A stretch of 64,000 nucleotides of DNA, taken from the NCBI GenBank assembly GCA_910583885.1, contig CAJUAC010000005.1, positions 16,508-80,507 on the forward strand, in the 5' to 3' direction. This document shows positions 42,518 to 50,281 of the stretch, piece after piece (the first letter of the stretch is position 1; each line of letters begins with the position of its first letter). The translations under genes were made by a program, and so were the position numbers. The DNA comes from an uncultured Oscillospiraceae bacterium. Its GTDB lineage: Bacteria; Bacillota; Clostridia; Oscillospirales; Oscillospiraceae. The notes beneath the pieces were generated by a model. It saw only the letters and a program-made list of their open reading frames with translations. It ran no database searches and was not told the DNA's origin.

Positions 42518-43111
42518 ATGAAATTTATCTTAGCTTCACAAAATAGCCACAAGCTGGCGGAGATGCAGTCTATTTTGTCCGCCCACGGGGTGGAGGTGGT
42601 CCTCCAGTCGGAGGCGGGGCTCCACGTGGAGGTGGAGGAGACCGGGGCCACCTTTGCGGAGAATGCCATGCTGAAGGCGCGGGCGGTGATGGAGGCCAGC
42701 GGGCTGCCGGCCATTGCGGACGACTCCGGCGTGTGTGTGGACGCACTGAACGGCGCGCCGGGGGTCTACTCCGCCCGGTACGGCGGGGAGGGGCTGGACG
42801 ACGTAGGCCGTTACAAGCTGCTGCTGGAGAACATGCGGGGGGCTGGCAGCCGGACCGCCCACTTCACCAGCGCCATTGCCTGTATGTTCCCCAACGGGGA
42901 TACTATCGAGGCGGAGGGCATCTGCCCCGGGACCATCGCCTTTGCCCCCCAGGGTGACGGCGGCTTTGGCTACGACCCGGTGTTCTTCCTGCCGGAGCTG
43001 CGCAAGACCTACGCCCAGCTGACACCGGAGGAGAAGGCGGCAGTCTCCCACCGCGGGAAGGCCCTGGCGGTATTTGACGGGAAGCTCCGGGCGTACCTGG
43101 AGAAACAATAG
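42518..43111 (+). CDS. rdgB: Non-canonical purine NTP pyrophosphatase (XTP/dITP diphosphatase)
   Basis: ILASQNSHKLAEM, ETGATFAENA, ADDSG..VDALNGAPGVYSARY, GFGYDPVF, SHRG.A. Confidence 0.92.
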   Translation: MKFILASQNSHKLAEMQSILSAHGVEVVLQSEAGLHVEVEETGATFAENAMLKARAVMEASGLPAIADDSGVCVDALNGAPGVYSARYGGEGLDDVGRYKLLLENMRGAGSRTAHFTSAIACMFPNGDTIEAEGICPGTIAFAPQGDGGFGYDPVFFLPELRKTYAQLTPEEKAAVSHRGKALAVFDGKLRAYLEKQ

Positions 43112-43128
43112 AGACGGAAAGGAAGCAT

Positions 43129-43455
43129 ATGGAACTGACCAGTAAACAGCGCGCCCAGCTTCGGGGCGTCGCTAATAGCATTGACACCATCGTCCACATC
43201 GGCAAGGACGGCATCGGCGAGAACCTAGTCAAGCAGGCCAACGACGCCCTGGATGCCCGGGAGATCATCAAGTGCAAGGTTTTGGAAAACTCCCTGCTCA
43301 CAGCCCGGGAGGCCTGCGAGCAGATGGCCCGGCTCACCCGCAGCGAGCGGGTGCAGGTGATTGGGACCAAGTTTGTCCTCTACCGCCAGCACTACGATAA
43401 GAGTAAACGGAAAATTGAGCTGGTCCGGGACCGGAAACCGCAACAAAGAGGTTGA
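43129..43455 (+). CDS. yhbY: YhbY/YqeI CRM-domain RNA-binding (ribosome assembly) protein
   Basis: LTSKQRAQLRG.AN....IVHIGKDGI.ENL......AL.AREIIK.KV is the CRS1_YhbY pattern. Confidence 0.85.
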   Translation: MELTSKQRAQLRGVANSIDTIVHIGKDGIGENLVKQANDALDAREIIKCKVLENSLLTAREACEQMARLTRSERVQVIGTKFVLYRQHYDKSKRKIELVRDRKPQQRG

Positions 43456-43518
43456 CAGCGGCGCTGGCCTATGCTACCGTAGTTTCGACGAAGTGATGAA
43501 AGGAAAGAAGGCTGCGCC

Positions 43519-44712
43519 GTGAGGATCGGAATTTATGGGGGGACCTTCAACCCTATCCATCTGGGGCATATGGAGGCAGCCCGCTGCGCTGCGGAGAGGC
43601 TGCGGCTGGATAAGCTGTGCCTAATCCCTACGGGCTCACCGCCCCACAAGCGTCTGGAGGGCGCACCTTCTCCCCAGGACAGGCTGGAGATGGCCCGCCT
43701 GGGCGCAGAGGCTATCGGCGCCCCCTGTGAGGTGGAGGTGCTGGAGCTGGAGCTGCGGCGGGGGGGGAAAAGCTATACGGTAGATACCCTGCGGGAGCTG
43801 AAGCGGAAGCTGCGGGGGGACCGCCTCTTCCTGCTGCTGGGGACGGATATGTTCCTGTCCTTCCAGACCTGGCGGGATCCGGAGGAGATTGCGGGGATGT
43901 GTACCCTGTGCGCCTTCTCCCGGGAGGAGGCGGGGGGGGATGGCCTGCTGGAGAGCCAGAAGCGGTATCTGGAGCAGGCCATGGACGCGGATGTGAAAAT
44001 CATCCGCCTGCCCCAGATTATTGACATTTCCTCCACCCAGCTGCGCGGGCAGCTGGCCCGGGGGGAGGGCCAGGCGTATCTGGCCCCGGCGGTCTACGGC
44101 TACATCCTGCGGGAGGGGCTGTATGGCACGGGGGCGGATTTGAAGGCATTGTCCCTGGAGGAGCTGCGGTGCGCGGCGATGTCCATGCTGCGCCACAGGC
44201 GGATCGCCCATGTGCTGGGCACGGAGGAGACCGCCGCCGCTCTGGCCCGCCGCTGGGGGGAGGATGAGCAGGCCGCCCGCCGGGCCGCCCTGCTCCATGA
44301 CTGCACAAAAAAGCTGGACAGGGAACAACATATGGCCCTCTGCCGTCAATATGGTATCGTGCTGGATCCGGAGGAGCGGCAGGCGGAGAAGCTGCTCCAC
44401 GCCATCACCGGCGCTGCGGTGGCAGAGCATATATTTGGCGAGAGCAGGGCGGTGGTGAACGCCATCCGCTGGCATACCACCGGCAGGGCGGCTATGTCCG
44501 CCCTGGAGGAGATCATCTATCTGGCGGACTACATCGAGCCCACCCGTGACTTCTGCGATTTGACGGAGCTGCGGGCGCTGGCGTTCCAGGATCTGGACCG
44601 GGCTGTGCTCCTGGGGCTGAAAATGGCGGTGCATGATCTGAAAAAACGGGGGATGGCGGTCCATTCCAACAGTGTGCGTGCGAGGGATTATCTGAAAGGA
44701 AAACTGACATGA
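43519..44712 (+). CDS. nadD: Fusion of nicotinate-nucleotide adenylyltransferase NadD with the HD-domain protein YqeK
   Basis: N-terminus IGIYGGTFNPIHLGHM (NadD (H/T)xGH motif) and ISST.LR. C-terminal half RIAHVLGTEETA..LA.RWG....A..AALLHDCTK ... WHTTGRA is the YqeK HD pattern. It forms a single uninterrupted 397-aa frame with a GTG start. Confidence 0.85.
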   Translation: MRIGIYGGTFNPIHLGHMEAARCAAERLRLDKLCLIPTGSPPHKRLEGAPSPQDRLEMARLGAEAIGAPCEVEVLELELRRGGKSYTVDTLRELKRKLRGDRLFLLLGTDMFLSFQTWRDPEEIAGMCTLCAFSREEAGGDGLLESQKRYLEQAMDADVKIIRLPQIIDISSTQLRGQLARGEGQAYLAPAVYGYILREGLYGTGADLKALSLEELRCAAMSMLRHRRIAHVLGTEETAAALARRWGEDEQAARRAALLHDCTKKLDREQHMALCRQYGIVLDPEERQAEKLLHAITGAAVAEHIFGESRAVVNAIRWHTTGRAAMSALEEIIYLADYIEPTRDFCDLTELRALAFQDLDRAVLLGLKMAVHDLKKRGMAVHSNSVRARDYLKGKLT

Positions 44713-46331
44713 GCAGGACAAGAGGCAAGCGGGAGGCAGGCGGCCGGGCAGGCGACCCCTTCGCAGAAGGACAGAAGAAGGGGGCAGGCGGGAAGCGTAA
44801 GCTGCTGGTTGCGCTGTGCTGTATAGCCGCCGTCGCGGCAGCGGTTGCCGTTGCATTGGCGCTGTATGTCCGCCCGCCGGACGTCAGCGGCAACGACCGG
44901 CCCAGCGTCACGGACAATAATCCCAACAAAGCCCAGGGTGAGGAGGACACGGAAGCGCTCTCTGGCCGGAAGGAGGACTATTTCACGTTCCTCCTGCTGG
45001 GGCGGGACACCGGCGGCGGCGGGAATACAGATACCATCATTCTCGTATCCTATGATGTGCCCAACCAGCAGGTGAACATGATGAGCATCCCCCGGGACAC
45101 TGCCGTCAATGTGTCCTGGAGCAATAAGAAGATCAACAGCGTCTACAATGCGAAGGAGTCCAGCGGCGGCGGGCTGGAAAACCTGAAAAAGCAGGTGGCC
45201 TGCCTTACCGGCGTGATGCCGGACCGCTACGTCATTATTGAGTGGAAGGCTGTGGGGGAGCTGGTGGATGCCGTAGGGGGCGTGGAGTTCGACGTACCGC
45301 GGAACATGAACTACGACGACCCCTATCAGGATCTCCATATCCACCTCAACAAGGGCCTCCAGACCCTTAACGGCCAGCAGGCCATGGAGATGCTCCGCTA
45401 CCGCAACGACAACGGCTATAAGGCGGGGTACAACGACACCGGACGTATGACCACCCAGCGGGACTTCCTCAAGGCGATGGCCAAGGAGGTCCTACAGCTG
45501 AAGAACATGACCAAGATTGGCAGTTTTATCAATATTTTTATGGACAACGTGGAGACAGACTTGAAGTTGAACGAGCTGATGTGGTTTGCCTCCCAGGCCC
45601 TGGGGGTCAATCTGGACACCATGCAGTCCAGTACCCTGCCCTACATTGATGTGGGCAAGTACCGGGGGGAGTACTACTTCCTGCCCAATGGGGAGGAGAT
45701 TGTGCCCCTGGTGAACGAGCAGTTCAACCCCTACAACCGGCCGATCACGGAGAAGGATATCCAGATCATTGCCCGGAACAAGGACGGCTCCTGCTATGTG
45801 ACCAACGGCGAGCTGCTGGACTCCCGGTGGGCCTCTCCGGCCTCCACATCCGGTACGGCTGGAGGCGGCGTGACCACTACCGACCCCACAGGGGTCATAG
45901 CAGACCCGGTTGTCCCCGCGCCCAGCGGAGGAGGGGAAGAACCCCCGGCCAGCGATCCCCAGCCTCCAGAGGACACGGCAGGCCCTGATGGGCAGCCTCC
46001 AGAGGATCCGGAGGGATCTGGAAGCAGCGGCGGGGAGCAGCCCAGTGTCCCGCCTGCGGGGGAAGCGGGCGATCCCTCCCTCACAGAGCCAGGTGAGGAG
46101 CCTGGCGGCCCAGATGATTCTGGCGCTACAGGCACCCCCGGCGATGTGGACGTAACAGAGCCCGATGGCCCCAGTACAGAGGGGCCGGCCGGCACAGAAC
46201 CGCCGCCGGATCCCACAGCCCCGGCAGAGCCGGAGATGCCGCCGGAGCCTGCACCTCCGCCAACCGACCCCATCCCCCCAGAGGGTGGGGCGGCGGGCGG
46301 CGAGCCGGAACCGCCGCCTACAGTACAATAA
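44709..46331 (+). CDS. LytR-CpsA-Psr (LCP) family glycopolymer ligase with a ~170-aa acidic Pro/Gly-rich C-terminal tail
   Basis: N-terminal TM segment; FLLLGRDTGGGGNTDTIILVSYD, MMSIPRDT, YDDPYQDLHIHL.KG.QTLNG.QAM...RYR. The tail runs from about 45830. Confidence 0.88.
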   Translation: MSRTRGKREAGGRAGDPFAEGQKKGAGGKRKLLVALCCIAAVAAAVAVALALYVRPPDVSGNDRPSVTDNNPNKAQGEEDTEALSGRKEDYFTFLLLGRDTGGGGNTDTIILVSYDVPNQQVNMMSIPRDTAVNVSWSNKKINSVYNAKESSGGGLENLKKQVACLTGVMPDRYVIIEWKAVGELVDAVGGVEFDVPRNMNYDDPYQDLHIHLNKGLQTLNGQQAMEMLRYRNDNGYKAGYNDTGRMTTQRDFLKAMAKEVLQLKNMTKIGSFINIFMDNVETDLKLNELMWFASQALGVNLDTMQSSTLPYIDVGKYRGEYYFLPNGEEIVPLVNEQFNPYNRPITEKDIQIIARNKDGSCYVTNGELLDSRWASPASTSGTAGGGVTTTDPTGVIADPVVPAPSGGGEEPPASDPQPPEDTAGPDGQPPEDPEGSGSSGGEQPSVPPAGEAGDPSLTEPGEEPGGPDDSGATGTPGDVDVTEPDGPSTEGPAGTEPPPDPTAPAEPEMPPEPAPPPTDPIPPEGGAAGGEPEPPPTVQ

Positions 46332-46364
46332 ACGAGACTATCCATCCCGAAAGGACAGAGAGAC

Positions 46365-48209
46365 ATGGCGTATAAAGGAAGAAGAGAAGCCTCACGCCCC
46401 GAGAAGGGGAGAGGGGAGAGAGGGCTGCACCGGGAGACGGTGGAAGATCCCTTTGCCGAGCCGCCCGCGCCGGCGGGAGACCTCTTTGCAGAGGGGGGAC
46501 GGCCGGACGGGCCGGGGTTCCGCGAGCGCTGGATGGCCTACTGGGACTCTGGGAAGGGGAAAATCCTGACAGCGTCTCTGGGGTGCCTGGCGGTATTTGT
46601 CATCGTTGTCGCCGTGGTGCTGAAGATGTGGATCAAGCCCCCCACGCTGCCGGCAGAGAACACCACCCCCACGCCGCCGGCCGCTGCCAAGCCGGTACAG
46701 CCGGAAAAACCGGATGATGAGCCGGAGGGCCCCACGGACGACGAGCTGTACCCGGATGACGGCTATGACGGCGACATGCCCACCGTGTCCGGCAACCGGA
46801 AGGAGGGGGTCTATACCTTCCTTCTGGTAGGGACAGACAAGGACGACGGCAACACGGATACCATCATGGTGGCCAGCTATGACACCAAGGAGCAGGATGT
46901 CAATATTATGAGCATCCCCCGGGACACCATGGTCAACGAGCGCTGGGATATCAAGAAGATCAACTCCATCTACTCCCGCACAGGCAATAGTGTTGACTCC
47001 CTGGCGGGCCGGATCCAGAAGCTGGTCGGCTTTAAGCCGGACTTCTATGTCAAGGTGGATCTGAGCATGTTTGTGGAGCTGGTGGATCTGATCGGCGGCG
47101 TAGAGTTTGAGGTGCCCCAGGACATGAACTATGACGACCCCTATCAGGATCTGCACATCCACCTGAAAAAGGGGATCCAGACCTTAGATGGGGAACATGC
47201 CATGCAGCTGGTCCGCTTCCGCCGGTACAGCGAAGGGGATATCAAGCGGGTAGAGGTCCAGCAGAACTTCATGAAGGCCCTTATTAAGGAATGCCTCAGC
47301 ATCCAGCACTGGGGGAAGATCAAGGCGTATATTGACCTGGCAATGGAGAACGTAGAGACAGACCTGGAATTTGGCTCTGTGGTCTGGTTTGCCTCCAATG
47401 CGCTGGGGCTGAATGGTGTAGCGGCGCTGAATATGGACGACGTATATACCTGCACCCTCCCCGGCGACTACTGGGGATCTGCCTGGAGCAGGGATACCAA
47501 CCAGGAGCAGTCCTATGTCACCATCTACCCCAAGCAGGTGGTAGAGCTGGTCAATGAGCGCTTTAACCCCTACGAGCAGCGGGTCAATACCTCCATGCTT
47601 GACGCCATGAGTATCCTCTCCAACGGCGACATCGCCTCCTCCACCGGCTCCCTCCGGGATACGCGGCATAACGCCATCATGGCGGTACGCCGGGGCGAGG
47701 CATACTATGACGATGATGGGAACCTGGTATACGGCAAGCCGCCGGCCAAGCCGGAGCAGGACGAGGCGGGCCGGTACTTCATCCTGGACGAGGCGGGCAA
47801 TCCCGTCTATACGGATGAAAATGGCACCCCTCTGGATGAGCCGATGCTTCCGGGGACAATCGATGGCTTGGGGCCTGAGGCACCGGATACGCTGCCGCAG
47901 GTTCCCGGAGACTCCTCTGGTGCTGGCCCGGAGGGCGGGGATCCCACCATGCCTGGCGGCCCCACGACCGATCCCATAGGCGGCGGGGAGGATCCTGCTG
48001 GAGGGACAGCGGAACCTCCTGGAGAGACAGGGGAGCCCTCTGGAGAGGGCAATCCGCCAACAGACACCGCAAACCCTGCAGATCCTACAGATCCCACAGC
48101 AACCGGCGGGGGTGACGGAGGTGAGCCCGTACTGCCTGCGGAGCCGGTGCCCCCGGTAGGGGAACCCGCGGACACTGGGATTGATGACATCCCTCCGGGA
48201 TGGTTATAA
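46365..48209 (+). CDS. Second LCP family protein (tandem paralogue) with a Pro/Gly/Asp-rich tail
   Basis: FLLVGTDKDDGNTDTIMVASYD, IMSIPRDT, YDDPYQDLHIHLKKGIQTLDGEHAMQLVRFRR. 614 aa. Confidence 0.88.
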   Translation: MAYKGRREASRPEKGRGERGLHRETVEDPFAEPPAPAGDLFAEGGRPDGPGFRERWMAYWDSGKGKILTASLGCLAVFVIVVAVVLKMWIKPPTLPAENTTPTPPAAAKPVQPEKPDDEPEGPTDDELYPDDGYDGDMPTVSGNRKEGVYTFLLVGTDKDDGNTDTIMVASYDTKEQDVNIMSIPRDTMVNERWDIKKINSIYSRTGNSVDSLAGRIQKLVGFKPDFYVKVDLSMFVELVDLIGGVEFEVPQDMNYDDPYQDLHIHLKKGIQTLDGEHAMQLVRFRRYSEGDIKRVEVQQNFMKALIKECLSIQHWGKIKAYIDLAMENVETDLEFGSVVWFASNALGLNGVAALNMDDVYTCTLPGDYWGSAWSRDTNQEQSYVTIYPKQVVELVNERFNPYEQRVNTSMLDAMSILSNGDIASSTGSLRDTRHNAIMAVRRGEAYYDDDGNLVYGKPPAKPEQDEAGRYFILDEAGNPVYTDENGTPLDEPMLPGTIDGLGPEAPDTLPQVPGDSSGAGPEGGDPTMPGGPTTDPIGGGEDPAGGTAEPPGETGEPSGEGNPPTDTANPADPTDPTATGGGDGGEPVLPAEPVPPVGEPADTGIDDIPPGWL

Positions 48210-48277
48210 TTGACAGAAAATAGCGGGAAAAACAGAGAAAAATATGCTATGTGTTCAGAAGAAAGTGAGGAATGCGT

Positions 48278-48640
48278 ATGACACCAAAGGAACTGGCGGT
48301 CCTGGCGGCAAAGGCCCTGGACGGGAAAAAGGGCGAGGAGATCAAGGTCATGGAGGTCACAGATCTGACTACCCTGGCGGACTACTTCGTCATCTGCACA
48401 GGCGGCAGCAATACGCAGATCAACGCTCTGTGCGACGCCGTGGAGGAGAAGCTGGAGGCTGAGGCGGGGGAAAAGCCCCTGCACCGTGAGGGGCACCGGG
48501 GCGGTATCTGGGTCCTGCTGGACTACGGCTGCCTGGTAGTCCACGTGTTCAACAGCGAGGCCCGGGAATTCTACGGGCTGGAGCGGCTGTGGAGCGACGG
48601 GAAACCTCTGGATCTGGAGGGCCTGCTGGCGCAGGTGTAA
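48278..48640 (+). CDS. rsfS: Ribosome silencing factor RsfS
   Basis: AL..KKGE.I.V..V...T..ADYFVICTG.SN.Q..A....V and W.LLDYG..VVH.F. Confidence 0.9.
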   Translation: MTPKELAVLAAKALDGKKGEEIKVMEVTDLTTLADYFVICTGGSNTQINALCDAVEEKLEAEAGEKPLHREGHRGGIWVLLDYGCLVVHVFNSEAREFYGLERLWSDGKPLDLEGLLAQV

Positions 48641-48761
48641 GAAGCAGCGCTGCCTGAGAGAGGCGCTGAAGCTTCAGCAGCACAAGGCGGCATCCCCAAC
48701 AGCGGGGATGCCGCCCTATTCGGATCCCTCTGCGCTTGCTTGCACAGAGGGATAACAGAAA

Positions 48762-48791
48762 CCCGCCGGAAGGCTTGCGCTTTCCGGCGGG
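48762..48791 (-). terminator. Intrinsic terminator of feoA
   Basis: cccgccggaa / ttccggcggg forms a 10-bp stem. On the - strand it is followed by TTTCTGTT. Confidence 0.6.
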
Positions 48792-48842
48792 TATACCTTG
48801 CCGTCTGGCAGCGCGGGCCCGCGCTGCCGCTATGTCGCCTGG

Positions 48843-49073
48843 CTACCGCACAGCAATTTGCCGTGCATCTGCACGGCGCAGCGCGATGACTGCGCCGCAG
48901 ACCGCATAGGCCACCGGGTCGCCCCAAGGGCTCTCCTGGAGCGCGGTCACAGCGCCGCCGGGGACGAACCCCAGATCCAGCATCCGCCGCCTCTGGTCCT
49001 CCGGTGCGGAGAGGGCGGCTACCGTTGCCTTCTGCCCTACCGCCAGGCGGTCCAGCGTCCGTATGTCCTCCAT
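48843..49073 (-). CDS. feoA: FeoA-family small protein (no feoB nearby)
   Basis: 76 aa. L..L..G....V.......RRRMLDLGFVPG..V......P.GDP....V.G..IALRR..A..I. AAAGGAGGAG RBS. Confidence 0.75.
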   Translation of the reverse strand: MEDIRTLDRLAVGQKATVAALSAPEDQRRRMLDLGFVPGGAVTALQESPWGDPVAYAVCGAVIALRRADARQIAVR

Positions 49074-49180
49074 CAGAGGGACTCCTCCTTTAATCATAAG
49101 GCGGAACGCTATCCGCCGGAAACAGTTTTCCATGCATACGCCCCAGCAGAGGTGGTATGCCATACCATCCTATGCCCGGC

Positions 49181-49978
49181 TTACCCGGCCTGTTCCAGAT
49201 AGGTCAGGATACCATCTGCAATCCCCATAGCCAGCTTCTCCTGGTAGGCGGGCTGGACCAGCAGCGCCAGCTCCTCCGGGGTGGACATATAACCGCACTC
49301 CACCAGGGCCGCCGGCACCTCGGCTGTGCGGAGCACGGCCAGGTTGGGGCGGGCCTCGGAGCCCATGTCCGCCGCACCGGTGGCGGACATCATGGCCTGG
49401 CGCAGGATATCCGCCAGGATCCAGCCGTCGCTGTGCTCGCTGGCAGCAGCGGTGTAAATCCCCATGGCAGCACCATTGGTCAGGCTGGCGTTGCAGTGGA
49501 CGCTGACGAAGAGGTCTGCGCCCTGACCGTTGGCCAGGTCGATGCGGTCGTAGAGCCCGACATCCTGGTCGCTGGTCCGGGTCATGAGCACTGTCAGCCC
49601 GGCCTCCTCCAGCAGCTGGGCAGCCTGCTTGGCAATAGACAGATTCAGATCCTTCTCTGCCACGCCTTCATATGTGGCCCCGTTGGCGGAGCCGCCGTGG
49701 CCGGGGTCGATGACAACCAGGGCGGCGGGCTGTACCTCCGGTTCCCCGCCGGAGGTGACTGCGACGGTGCGGGTCTGCGGATCCCAGCTGACAGAGAAGC
49801 CTAGGGCTTGGGCCAGGTCCCGCAGGGGGACCATCGTCTTGCCCTCCTCTGATATGTAGGCCATTGTGTCCAATGGGACGCCATCCACGGTGATGGTGAC
49901 GTTGTCAGCCCCAGCGGCGGTGAGGGAGAGCAGAAGGATAAAACACACGCCCAGCAGGGAGGAATAGAGTCGTTTCAT
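49181..49978 (-). CDS. Secreted N-acetylmuramoyl-L-alanine amidase (Amidase_3) with an N-terminal copper-amine-oxidase-like stalk domain
   Basis: Signal peptide MKRLYSSLLGVCFILLLSLTAAGA; TVDGVPLD....Y..EGKTMVPLRDLA.ALG; VVIDPGHGG...G; VSVHCNA; E.GYMS. Confidence 0.88.
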   Translation of the reverse strand: MKRLYSSLLGVCFILLLSLTAAGADNVTITVDGVPLDTMAYISEEGKTMVPLRDLAQALGFSVSWDPQTRTVAVTSGGEPEVQPAALVVIDPGHGGSANGATYEGVAEKDLNLSIAKQAAQLLEEAGLTVLMTRTSDQDVGLYDRIDLANGQGADLFVSVHCNASLTNGAAMGIYTAAASEHSDGWILADILRQAMMSATGAADMGSEARPNLAVLRTAEVPAALVECGYMSTPEELALLVQPAYQEKLAMGIADGILTYLEQAG

Positions 49979-50140
49979 AGGCTATCCGTTCCTTTCCTGT
50001 CGCACCCCGCGCAGGGGCGCAGTCGTTGCCCCTATTGTACAGGATTTCCGACGTATTTTGCAAGTGGTAATGTCTGGGAACGGCTGGGGAAGCGGGCAGG
50101 GAGGGTGCCATAGAAAAAGCGGAAAAGTGGCATTTGGCAC

Positions 50141-50169
50141 TTGACAGGGCACGCCCTGGGCTGTACTAT
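50141..50169 (+). promoter_or_regulatory. Sigma-A-type promoter of nrdDG
   Basis: TTGACA, a 17-nt spacer, then TACTAT. Confidence 0.5.
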
Positions 50170-50210
50170 ATGTACATTCGCGCAAAAAGCCGCCATACCA
50201 TATCTTGTGT
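50163..50210. promoter_or_regulatory. Two candidate NrdR boxes spaced about 32 bp (three helical turns)
   Basis: Box 2, ataCcAtATcTtGtgt (50195-50210), matches the published acaCwAtATaTwGtgt consensus at about 13 of 16 positions. Box 1 lies in the palindrome tgtacTATATgtaca (50162-50176), which overlaps the -10. Confidence 0.5.
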
Positions 50211-50281
50211 TCTGAGCTGGGCCATTTGTTTCTGGTATGTGGTCATCGGGATGGCAAATTTCACGGAGGGGAAGACAAAAC

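Noticed and set aside
45830-46331. Pro/Glu/Gly-rich 3' part of the first LCP gene (and 47850-48209 of the second) as a possible tandem DNA repeat or separate gene
   Set aside because: There is no exact nucleotide periodicity. The frame is continuous with the LCP domain and ends at a proper stop, so it is a low-complexity tail and not a repeat array or CRISPR-like structure.
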